NCBI GenBank assembly: GCA_041737125.1
Contig: JBGSSJ010000012.1
Coordinates: forward strand, 2,637-66,636
Direction: 5' to 3'
Length of the DNA: 64,000 bases
Source of the DNA: Minisyncoccia bacterium
GTDB lineage: Bacteria; Patescibacteriota; Minisyncoccia; Phycocordibacterales; UBA9973
The notes beneath the pieces were generated by a model that saw only the letters and a list, made by a program, of their open reading frames with translations, made no database searches and had not been told where the DNA came from. Of the stretch, positions 44,682 to 55,800 are shown one piece after another (positions within the stretch are counted from its first letter, which is position 1; every line of letters starts with the position of its first letter). A program made the position numbers and the translations under genes.

Positions 44682-46178
44682 TTATATGGACTTAATTTGT
44701 TCTTTCTTGTGATCTTCGATAGCTTTATCTACTTCATCTAGATCACCTTCTATGGCTTCTTTAATTTCTTTTTCTTCTTTGGATAGAATGCGAGTATGGC
44801 GAGTATTTTGTAATATTTCCAGATGTTTCTCTAGGCGCTTTTTTAACAAAAGAAGTATTTTTGAATGGTCACCTCTAACAAGAGCACTGCGAACTATAAT
44901 TTTCTTGTGGAGCCTATCATATTGACGTCCGAGCTTAAATGCACCAATAATCAAAACTATTACTAGTACGATAATTAAATATATTACAGGCACATCAACT
45001 GCCAACATGTTGATAGTGTATGGATCCTTCGCAGGTGCAAGTGGTTGTAATGGTTGTACTTGCTCTACTGGTGCGATAGTTGCAGTGAAAATTCCAACTG
45101 ATTCCACACTGTTACCTGCGCGATCAAATGCTACTAATTTCACAGTATGGTTCCCCGCTATACTATAAGGAAGGCTGTAGTTGCCATCAACAAAATCTGC
45201 ATAATCCACCTTCTTTACCAATACATCATTTATGTAAATTTCATAATAATCTAATCCTGAAGTTTCATCTATGATATCAGCATTTATGTTGAGGACTTTC
45301 TTAGTATCATCATAGATAAAGGTAACATCATTCTTCTTCGGAATAGTAGTATCTATTCTTGCTATATATGTACTAGTCGGACCCCATTTCCCATCTTTCT
45401 GTGCGCGTACTTTGAAGTACCAAATTCCATCTTTCAAGTTTTTCACAGACCTTTCGCTTGTTGCAGGGCTTATTGTCACGCGAGGAACACCCGCAATATT
45501 ACTATCAATACCTGTTTGTACAGAAGTTATCCCTGTTGGTAATTTCCATTTGAATATTGGATTATTATCCTTATACCACAATTCCTGAGATGGATGAGTG
45601 AGTGATGTCACATTTAATGTGATGAGTGATGGTTGTGGTGCGGGTACGTCAGCAACAACCGGCTCCTCCTTTTGCACTATAGAGAGAGTCTTGCCTGTTT
45701 TACTATTTAAGACATCAGTACCAAACCCATCATCCGCACGAACAGCAGAGTCAGAGAAGATTAAGTCAGCCTGGCCAGCTTTCTTTGCTTTCACAACGAA
45801 AGAGAGTGCAGTGCCACTTGAGCCATTGAATCCCGGAGTAGGGATACCTCCATTGAAAGTAATAATTCCACTAACATTCGAATATGCAGGCTCCTCTACC
45901 CACAAGGAGAATACTGAGCCTCCTTTATTTATAGATACTACCTCAAGTAAATCACTTGGATATATAATTTTCGCTTCGGCATTATTGATCGGTACACCTT
46001 CTGAATTTATCACTACTGATAGTGTCGTTATACCTCCAGGCGAAAGACTGGTCGAAGAAGAATTAATTTTAAGTGTAGCCGCGTCTACAGTACTTGATAC
46101 AAAGAATGAAATAAGTAGCAGGCAAAAGAATGCTAATTTAGTTTTTAGTAGATTTTTTATATCCATAGAAGATCCCAC
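44682..46178 (-). CDS. Secreted, C-terminally membrane-anchored protein with an N-terminal cohesin-like domain, beta-sandwich repeats and a cytoplasmic coiled-coil tail
   Basis: 498 aa; signal peptide; N-terminal ~140 aa (TLKINSSS...GGITTLSVVINSEGVPINNAEAKIIYPSDLLEVV...SLWVEEPAY) is paralogous to the upstream 219-aa protein; TM VIYLIIVLVIVLIIGAF near the C-terminus; overlaps the upstream gene by 41 nt. Confidence 0.45.
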   Translation of the reverse strand: MGSSMDIKNLLKTKLAFFCLLLISFFVSSTVDAATLKINSSSTSLSPGGITTLSVVINSEGVPINNAEAKIIYPSDLLEVVSINKGGSVFSLWVEEPAYSNVSGIITFNGGIPTPGFNGSSGTALSFVVKAKKAGQADLIFSDSAVRADDGFGTDVLNSKTGKTLSIVQKEEPVVADVPAPQPSLITLNVTSLTHPSQELWYKDNNPIFKWKLPTGITSVQTGIDSNIAGVPRVTISPATSERSVKNLKDGIWYFKVRAQKDGKWGPTSTYIARIDTTIPKKNDVTFIYDDTKKVLNINADIIDETSGLDYYEIYINDVLVKKVDYADFVDGNYSLPYSIAGNHTVKLVAFDRAGNSVESVGIFTATIAPVEQVQPLQPLAPAKDPYTINMLAVDVPVIYLIIVLVIVLIIGAFKLGRQYDRLHKKIIVRSALVRGDHSKILLLLKKRLEKHLEILQNTRHTRILSKEEKEIKEAIEGDLDEVDKAIEDHKKEQIKSI

Positions 46179-46797
46179 CCAACAAAATAATTACTAATAA
46201 TATTATAACATTGTTATTCATACTAAATCCAGGGAAAATTGTCTTCTCTTCTGTCGGTTCTTCTATTTTACCATCAACTTCTTCTGTAGTAATTTGTGAA
46301 TCTTTTACCACAAGATTTAAAGACATCGATTTTACTATAGTTGATTCTTCTGTCCCCTTTCCATCATTTAAATATGTCTTCACTCCACTCCATGTCATGT
46401 CTATATTACCTGACACTGCAGTACGTAGGTGTAAGGTCAAAACGAGGCCTTCTTTTGCGAGTCCCTCAGGAGTACCACCTACAAAACGAACCGTCTTTCC
46501 CTTCGAATTATATACTGGTTCTACCGGCCACATAGAGAGAGCTGAGCCTTGTTTACTTACTTCTACTGACAAGGAGTCGGCAATAGAGCCTTGTAGAGAC
46601 ACAGTTCCTTCGATAACATTTAAATTCTTCCCTTGTGGATCTATACGTACCTCTACCACTGTTGTAGTATCCCCATCTTTGCTAGTAGGTACCACTTTAT
46701 AGCTTAGTTGGGCTGCCAGTAAATCCTGTGGTACTACGCACAACAAAAAGCTGATTATAAATGCGTATGCTATATGTGATGAGAATATTTTATACAT
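46138..46797 (-). CDS. Secreted, C-terminally membrane-anchored protein with a cohesin-like domain
   Basis: 219 aa; signal peptide; ~130-aa beta-rich domain (KVVPTS...VVEVRIDPQGKNLNVIEGTVSLQGSIADSLSVEV...SMWPVEPVY); Glu/Thr linker; C-terminal TM VIILLVIILLGGIFYGY; begins 7 nt after the giant gene stop. Confidence 0.45.
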   Translation of the reverse strand: MYKIFSSHIAYAFIISFLLCVVPQDLLAAQLSYKVVPTSKDGDTTTVVEVRIDPQGKNLNVIEGTVSLQGSIADSLSVEVSKQGSALSMWPVEPVYNSKGKTVRFVGGTPEGLAKEGLVLTLHLRTAVSGNIDMTWSGVKTYLNDGKGTEESTIVKSMSLNLVVKDSQITTEEVDGKIEEPTEEKTIFPGFSMNNNVIILLVIILLGGIFYGYKKSTKN

Positions 46798-46803
46798 AAT
46801 TAA

Positions 46804-49800
46804 TTATTGTTTTTTAAAGGCGATAGGTTTCTTGCCCCATTGATAAAGAAGGATAGAAAAGTCGACTGAATTTACTTGTTTGTCTAGATTTATATCAGCA
46901 CAAGGGTTATTAAATGGGGATGTTGTTTTCCAGAAAGAAAGCATTATAGAGAAGTCTACTGAATTTACTTTTCCATCATGGTTTAAGTCTGCACCAATAC
47001 ATGCATTCGTTAAAATAGGTGCTACAGATGCCCCACCTCCACCACCTCCCCCTCCACCAGGCGGTGTGACTGAAGTATCGGTACTCGCTGCAAATGACTG
47101 AGATGCAGTTGAGGAATCTGATCCGAACAATACATCCAAATGGAAGTAATAATCACCAGCAATAGGTACAGTCGAGTTCAATGTTGTATCAAAATTTTCT
47201 AATGGCTGAATTAATTTCGCCGCAGTAGAACTAAATATATCATTCCCTCCTCCGCATGTATTGAGTACTGAATCAGTAACACACCATGTGTATTGATATT
47301 CATATGCAGTAGATCCTTCATTCGTAATACGAACTGCAGTAGATATACTTGGAACAATCAAATCAGTAAAGCTCTGAATCAATACTTGCGCAGGAGATCC
47401 AGGAGTACCACTTACTTCACCTGAAGCGACACTCGTGCCAATAATATTTTTCGCATATACTCGGAAATCATACGAGTTATTATTCGCAAGTCCTGTAACT
47501 GTAACAGAAGGAGTAGTACTTACACTATCAGCAAATACAGTCCATGTACCCAATGTCGTAAGTTTATATTCTATAACATAATCAGTTATCGCAGAGCCTC
47601 CATTGGAAAGTGGTGCTGACCAAGACAAGCTTACACTACTATCATCAATGATTGCTGCTAAGTTAGTCGGCGCCCCTGGGACACTCGCAGGAGTTACTCC
47701 AGAACTTGATCCAGAAGACACACCCGTACCGAGAGCATTTGTAGCAGTGACACTAAATGTATAAGTGACTCCATTCGTAAGCCCTGTGAATATTGCAGTC
47801 GTTGTCGCGCTTGTCATTGTAGCGCCGCCTGGACTTGCCGTAATAGTATATGAAGTTATCGGTGAGCCGCCATTTGAAGCTGGAGCAGACCAAGACACAA
47901 TAACGCTCGTATCCGCTGCTTCACCAGCTACGTTCGTAGGAGCTCCTGGAACAGTTGCAGGAGTTACGGAATTACTTGCACTAGATGCAACACTTGTCCC
48001 AACTGCATTAGTTGCAGTGAAAGTGAATGTATATGTCACTCCATTTGTAAGTCCTGTCACAGTGATCGGTGAAGTACCTCCAGTTGCAGTATGTCCACCA
48101 ATGTTTGAAGTAATAGTATACGAAGTGACTGCTGATCCTCCATTGTTCACTGGAGGTGTGAATGTAATAGTTGCTTCGCCATTCCCAGCAACTGCAGTTA
48201 TGCTTGTAGGCGCATCAGGTACAGTCGCAGGCACAATTGAGTTACTTGTTCCTGAAGAAGTACTTGTTCCCATAATATTTGTTGCAGTCACAGTGAATGT
48301 ATAGGTTGTACCATTAGTAAGTCCTGTGACTGTGATTGGTGAACTACCTCCAGTAGCAGTATGACCTCCAACATTTGAAGTGACTGTGTATGAAGTTATC
48401 GCAGATCCACCGTTATTTACTGGAGGTGTGAATGTGATAGTAGCTTCACCATTACCTCGAACTGCAGTTATAGATGTCGGTGCATCCGGAACAGTCGCCG
48501 GAGTTACAGAATTAGTTGTCGCTGAAGCAATTCCTGTACCCACACTATTCGTCGCAGTCACAGTAAATGTATATGTCACTCCATTTGTAAGTCCTGTGAC
48601 TGTGATTGGTGAACTACCTCCAGTTGCAGTATGACCTAAGTTTGAAGTAACTGTATAGATTGTTATGGCAGAGCCGCCATTTGAAGATGGAGCAGTGAAT
48701 GTAATTGTTGCTTGTCCATTACCTGCTGTTGCAGTACCGATAGTAGGAGCTCCTGGTACACTGACCGGAGTTACTGAATTACTAGAACTTGATGCAACAC
48801 TAGTCCCCACATCATTTGTGGCAGTCACTGTGAATGTATATGTCACTCCATTCGTAAGTCCGACAACTACCAAAGGAGATGACCCTCCTGTTGCTGTATG
48901 ACCAAGGTTTGAAGTTACTGTGTAGCTTGTGATTGCTGATCCGCCATTATTTACTGGGGGTGTAAATGTGATAACTGCTTCGCCATTGCCCGCTGTTGCA
49001 GTCCCTATAATAGGAGCATCAGGAACTGTAGCTGGAGTAATAGTATTACTTGGATCTGAAGCGACACTAGTACCTACCGCATTTGTCGCAGTCACTGTAA
49101 ATGTATACGAGACACTATTTGTAAGCCCCGTGACTGTAATTGGAGAGCCGTTACTTGTTGCAGTAAATCCTCCAGGACTTGAAGTCACTGTATAACTTGT
49201 GATTGTAGATCCGCCATTATTCACAGGAGGTGTAAATGTAATTGTCGCTTCACCATTACCCCTGACTGCAATTATAGAAGTAGGTGCGTCAGGAACAGTC
49301 GCCGGAGTTACTGCATTACTTGCAGTTGATGCAACACTCGTGCCTACGGCATTGGTTGCAGTCACAGTAAATGTATATGCGACTCCGTTAGTAAGTCCTG
49401 TGACTACAAGTGGTGAACTACCACCTGTAGTAAAGTGTCCTCCAATACTTGAGGTCACTGTGTATGAAGTTATTGCAGATCCGCCATTTGATATAGGTGC
49501 GTCAAATGTGATAGTTGCTTGTCCATTACTAGAAACTGCAACTATATTTGTCGGTGCATCTGGAACAGTCGCCGGAGTTACAGCGTTGGTCGTGCCTGAA
49601 GCAACACTTGTACCATTTGCATTTGTGGCAGTCACAGTGAACGTGTACGTTGTACCGTTTGTAAGTCCAGTGATTGTTATCGGAGATGTCCCACCACTTG
49701 TAGTAAATCCTCCCGGACTTGAAGTGACTGTGTAGCTTGTAATTACAGAACCACCATTATTTACTGGAGGTGTGAATGTGATAGTTGCTTGACCGTTACC

Positions 49801-52800
49801 CGCTGTTGCAGTGCCTATGATAGGTGCGTCCGGAATCGTTGAAGGAACCACACTATTACTTGTAGCAGATGAGGCACCTGTTCCTGCACTATTCGTAGCA
49901 GTCACTGTAAATGTATACGTTACTCCGTTTGTAAGACCTGTGACTGTGATTGGTGAAGTACCTCCGGTTGCAGTGTGACCAAGATTTGAAGTAACTGTGT
50001 ATGAAGTTACCACAGACCCTCCATTATTTAATGGAGGTGTGAATGTAATAACTGCTTCGCCATTGCCTCCAGTTGCTGTACCTATTGTAGGTGCATCTGG
50101 AACTGTTGCAGGAGTTACAGCATTGGTTGTCGCAGAGGCAACGCTTGTACCATTTGCATTTGTTGCGGTCACAGTAAATGTGTATGAAGTACCGTTTGTA
50201 AGTCCGGTTACCGTGATTGGTGACGTACCTCCTGTAGCAGTGTGTCCAAGATTTGAAGTAACTGTGTAGCTTGTGATTGCAGAGCCACCATTATTTACTG
50301 GAGGTGTGAATGTAATAGTTGCTTGACCATTACCTGGTGTGGCAGTACCAATGATCGGGGCATCTGGAATAGTTTGATAACTAAAGTAAGGATACGATGA
50401 TGCTTCATCGATGGACCAAATAAGTGAAGTGAAATCCCATCCGACAAAAGTAGCTTCTTCTTTCATTTCTGTACTAGTCTTCCCCGTTATCCCAGCTGGA
50501 TCAACACCATTTCCGACACCGTCCCCAGTTGCATATCCTGATGTTGTTGTGTCCCAATAATTTGAAACATATGTCCCTCCAAGTGGATTCCCAGTTACTC
50601 CACCAGTGTACTGAAGTGAAGCTGCACCTGCTGCGCCCGTTCCACCTGTTGAACCTCCAGATCCGCCTACTCCAGCACTTCCGCCTGTACCACCTGTCGC
50701 ACCGTTTGTTTTCGTTCCAGATGGTGCTCCTGTTGCATATGTATTAGTAATAATTGTCGTATTATGACTTCCTAATAGTCCACCCACATACGCAGACCCT
50801 CCTGCACCACCGGCACCACCGGCACCACCATTTCCATTTACTCCAAGTGCTCCTCCTCCTTGAGCGCCTCCTGCGCCGCCCACTCCACCAACACCACCCA
50901 CTCCTGGAGTACCCCCAATTGCAGTAATAGACCCACGCTGGTAGGCATTTGTAATCGCTCCCGTATTTTGCCCGACTAATCCTCCGACAAACACAGCATC
51001 ACCCGCACCTCCTGCACCACCGGCTCCACCGATTGTTCCATTTCCACCATTTCCAGAAACACCTGATCCACCAGCACCTCCTTCACCGCCAGTACCTCCG
51101 ACTGCTCCCGCTGCACCCACACCACCTGTTACTAAAATATTTCCTGATGCATAACTTGTATTAAAATTCCCAGTAGTGATATTCGCTCCCACAAGTCCAC
51201 CCACATAACTTGCGCCAGAAGCACCACCAGCACCTCCTCCTATTGATGCTCCTCCTGCACCACCTGCAAGTGTTCCTCCATTTCCTCCTCTTCCTCCTGC
51301 GCCAGATGCCCCAGCACTTCCACCGTTTCCACCAACAGTAGTGACGTCGCCGGCTGACCAAGAAAATTGAATAATGCCGGCTGTAAAATTATATCCAACG
51401 AGTCCTCCGGCATACAAAGCTCCACCTGCGCCTCCTGCAGCCGTAGTACCACTTCCGCCACCTGCGCCTCCTGCGCCAGAGACACCACCGGTTCCCCCAT
51501 TTCCACTCAATCCTGCAGCCCCACCCACGCCACCAGTGGCTCCATTTACGCTAACATCTCCTAATGCATAGGTAGTATACAATGTTCCAATATTGTATCC
51601 TGCAAATCCTCCACCGTACGTGATACCTCCTGCAGCACCAACAGTTCTTGCACCTGAAGCTCCACCGGTACCACCAGTACCAGAGACATCTCCTGCTCCA
51701 CCTGTCCCACCATTTCCTCCCGCACCACCGACACCTCCTGTGCCCCCTACAAGAGTGAGCGATCCTGTAGAGTAAGAATCCTTAATCGTTCGTGCGGTAT
51801 TATTGAATCCAGTAAATCCTCCACCATAAGCAAGACCTGCGGCACCAGCTGCCCCACCGTTTCCAGCTACTCCACCGACACCTCCGTTGCCACTTACACC
51901 AACTGACCCAGAGGCACCATTGCCTCCAGTTCCACCAGCTCCTCCGGTGCCAGTAATACCGACAACATTACTTGTTGTATATGAAGAGAGAAAAATATTT
52001 CCATCGTTATACCCGACAAATCCACCAGCATACATAACACCTGATGCGCCACCTGCTCCACCTACCCAACCTATGCCACCAGCACTTGATGGGCTTGATA
52101 CTCCTCCATTTCCACCAATTCCACCATTGCCTCCATTCCCGCTTGTTGATGAGACCGTAGTACCAAGCGAATAACTAGTAAGAATTGTATTTGTCGTATT
52201 GACATTAAATCCTGCTAGTCCTCCAGAAGCTGAGACTCCACCTCCACCTGCGGGACCTCCGGCCCCACCAGTTCCTCCTATGTGTGAAGTTCCAAGCGAA
52301 CCATTTCCTCCAGTACCACCATTTGATCCATGTGCTCCATTACCCCCGATCGCAGTCACAGAACCAGTTGCATATGAATTTAAAATAATTCCTGTTGCCG
52401 CATTATTTCCGACAAGTCCACCAGCATACCCCAAACCACCTGCAGCACCACTCCCCCCTGCGCCTCCTGTCGCAGCTGTACCACCAGAGACTGTACTACT
52501 TGCCCCACCCGAAGCTCCATTACTTGATACTCCGGCATTCCCTCCGATAGAAGAGACAGCACCTGTTGCATAAGAACTTCCTTCTATAATTCCTGTATTA
52601 TTTCCGATCAATCCACCAGCATAGCTTGCGCCTCCTGTACCTGCGGTACCACCGGCTCCTCCTACTCCTCCGAGCGCACCAGATCCTGCAATTCCTCCAG
52701 CAACACTTGTAGCTGCATTACCACCTGTACCTCCTGTCGATGTAACATTACGCGTAGCATAACTTGTAGTAATAGTAACAGTACTTCCTAGCTGAGCAAT

Positions 52801-55800
52801 TAATCCTCCTGCGTAAGAAACTCCTCCTGCACCACCTGCACCAGCTGCGACACTCGCTCCTCCTGCACCACCAGCACCACCAGCACCAGGAATCCCAGAG
52901 GCTCTTCCATTTCCACCAAGTCCGCCAAACGACTCCACTGTATTGCCAGTCGAATATGCATGGAAATAATTACTTCCTCCTCCTGCCGCCATATTACTAT
53001 ACCCCACAAGTCCTCCAGCATTTGATTCACCTCCTATACCTCCTGACCCACCTGCACCAGAGGCACCACCTGCTGCACTTGTTGCGCCGTTTGCTCCATT
53101 TCCTCCGATATTTCCTGTACTTCCTGTGCCCCCAGTACTACTAACATTTCCTGTTGCATATGAATTAATAATGTCACTAAGTCCAGCACCTATTCTATTA
53201 TTTCCGATCAATCCACCAGCATAACTTGCACCTCCCACTGCACCAACCACAGCGCCACCACCTGTGCCACCTGCTACTGTTGATCGTGATGCGCCACCGT
53301 TCCCTGATATTCCTGAAATTCCAGCTGTTCCTCCAGTAGAGGAAACATTTCCTGTTGCATATGTATCTAAATAATTACTTGCACCGGTCGTGAAGTTACT
53401 GAAACCTACGAGCCCTCCAGCATTTGCTTCACCTCCGACACCAGCTAATCCTGCCAATGCACCAGGCGCACCTGCATGAGTACTTGTTCCTAGAGAACCA
53501 TCTCCACCATTGCCACCAAGACCTCCATTTCCCCCGAGCCCACCAACAACAGTGATGCTTCCTGTTGCATACGAATCACTAATTCGTACTATTTGTGTTG
53601 TTCCAGTCATACGACCAACAAGTCCTCCTCCGTATGCTAGCCCACCAGCTCCACCTGCGCCACCTGCTCCACCGAGTGCAGAGACTCCACTTGAAATAGT
53701 ACTACCAGAAGTACCTCCAGTCCCCCCATTACCACCAGTTCCGCCAGTACCAGCAGTTGCAGAAAAAGAAATTGACGAATAAGAATTATCTCGAATAATT
53801 CCGAGATTGTCTCCCACCAATCCTCCTACTGCTCGTACACCACCTGTACCACCAATACCTCCAAGAGCTCCAACTCCGCCATTAAATGCCCCTACACCAC
53901 TTCCTCCATTACCACCATTTCCGCCTGTTCCACCACTTTGTTCAAAACCTGAAATAGAAATCAGTGTTGAATATGAGTCTGATACTGCACCTGTTGATGT
54001 GCTTGATCCTAAAAGTCCTCCAATAAATGATCCTTGTGAAGCTCCACCTGCGCCGCCTGCACCACCTGCGCCACCTGCTCCACCTGTTGCCAATCCTGAA
54101 CCTCCATCCCCTCCATTACCTCCATTACCAGGAGTTCCGCCTGTCACCACAATATTACCTGCGCCGGATCCACTATCGACGGTTGCATGCGAAGAAATGA
54201 CATCAGACGTTGTGGATCCAACAAGACCCCCTGCATGAATTATACTTGATTGGTTTCCAGCACCACCAGCACTTCCTGCTGTTCCAGAGTTGATACTTGC
54301 ACTTATTCCATGTGCACCATTGCCTCCATTTCCTCCAGTAATATTGAGAGTTGTTTTTGAGTATGAGTTTGCTTGAATAATTCCAGTGCTATATCCTACT
54401 AATCCTCCAACATAGATACCTCCACCAAAACTTCCTACACCACCTGTTCCATTTAATCCATCAAGCGCTGTGCCCGTACCAATACCACCAATACCACCTA
54501 GAGCACCATGCCCCGCAGAACCACCCACCACTACGATAGTTCCTGTTTCTGCATATGATGAGGTAATTGTTCCTAAACTACTTTGCCCTACAAGTCCTCC
54601 TACGTGCAATGCCGTAGAGGCGGTTGTCGCACCTGAACCACCAGCACCACCATTTCCTGCAACACCTCCGATATGATTCGTACCAAGAGATCCATCACCG
54701 CCATTTCCGCCCTGTCCTCCGTTCCCGCCATTACCTCCTGTTCCTGTCATACTGACTGTCGCATAGGAACTATTAATAATTCCATTTGCTGTGTTGTTTC
54801 TTCCTACTAATCCTCCCAGTGAAAGACTTCCCCCTACGCCTCCTGCTCCACCGATACCACCAGCTGCAGCAGTTCCATTTGTTATAGCTCCAGAAGCACC
54901 AGCAGCGCCTCCTATTCCACCATTTCCTCCAGCTCCTGAAACCGCAACGAGAGATCCTGTTGTATGATAACTTGTTTCAATTCCAATAGAAGAATCCCCT
55001 ACTAATCCTCCTGTAAAGTTTGCACCACCTGCACCACCTATAGCTCCTGCACCACCTGCACCACCTATAGCAGCTCCTCCTCCAGATCCTCCTGAGCCTC
55101 CATTACCACCCGTTCCCCCTATACCAGATGTACCAGAAACAGTATTACTAGAGTATGCATTAATTATCTCACCTATATTTGAAAATCCGACAAGTCCTCC
55201 TGCATACGAGGCGCCTCCAACACCACCAACTCCTCCTATAGCTCCTGCTCCACCGACAGAATTATTTCCACCTACACCGCCTGATCCTGCATTTCCTCCT
55301 GCACCTGCATTTCCTGCACTTGCCATCACTGTACCTGTGGCATATGAATTATCAATATATGCATTTGTTGTAGTAAATCCGATAAGTCCTCCACTATACG
55401 CAGAGCCGCCAGTACCACCGGCTCCACCTACTGCTCCTGCTCCACCAAATATATTATTTATAGTTCCGTCACCACCATTTCCACCACTTGCACCATCCCC
55501 CCCCGTAGCTCCATTTACAGTAACTGAACCTGTTGCATATGAATTTCTTACTACGTATCCAGCACCGGCATTATATCCGACAAGTCCTCCACCATATATT
55601 GCATTACCAGATCCTCCGGCTCCTCCTGCTCCTCCAATAGAACCATTAGCACCTGATGTTCCGGTCGTTCCATTAGCTGCGACTCCACCATTTGCAACGA
55701 CATCATTTGTAGAATGTACAGTATCAATAAGAACATTACTAAGGGAGACATACCCTACAGCACCTCCTGCATGAACTGCACCTGTTACCCACCCAGCACC

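Noticed and set aside
47395-50350. Regular ~267-bp repeats considered as a possible CRISPR array
   Set aside because: Repeat units are ~267 bp with no unique spacers. They are in-frame coding sequence for FN3-like domains, and no cas genes are nearby.
51161-51506. Minus-strand Arg/Trp/Cys-rich and Glu/Gln-rich short ORFs (51161..51361, 51240..51506) inside the giant gene
   Set aside because: Out-of-frame readings of the same Gly-codon repeats; they are embedded in the continuous 15-kb frame and lack starts or motifs.
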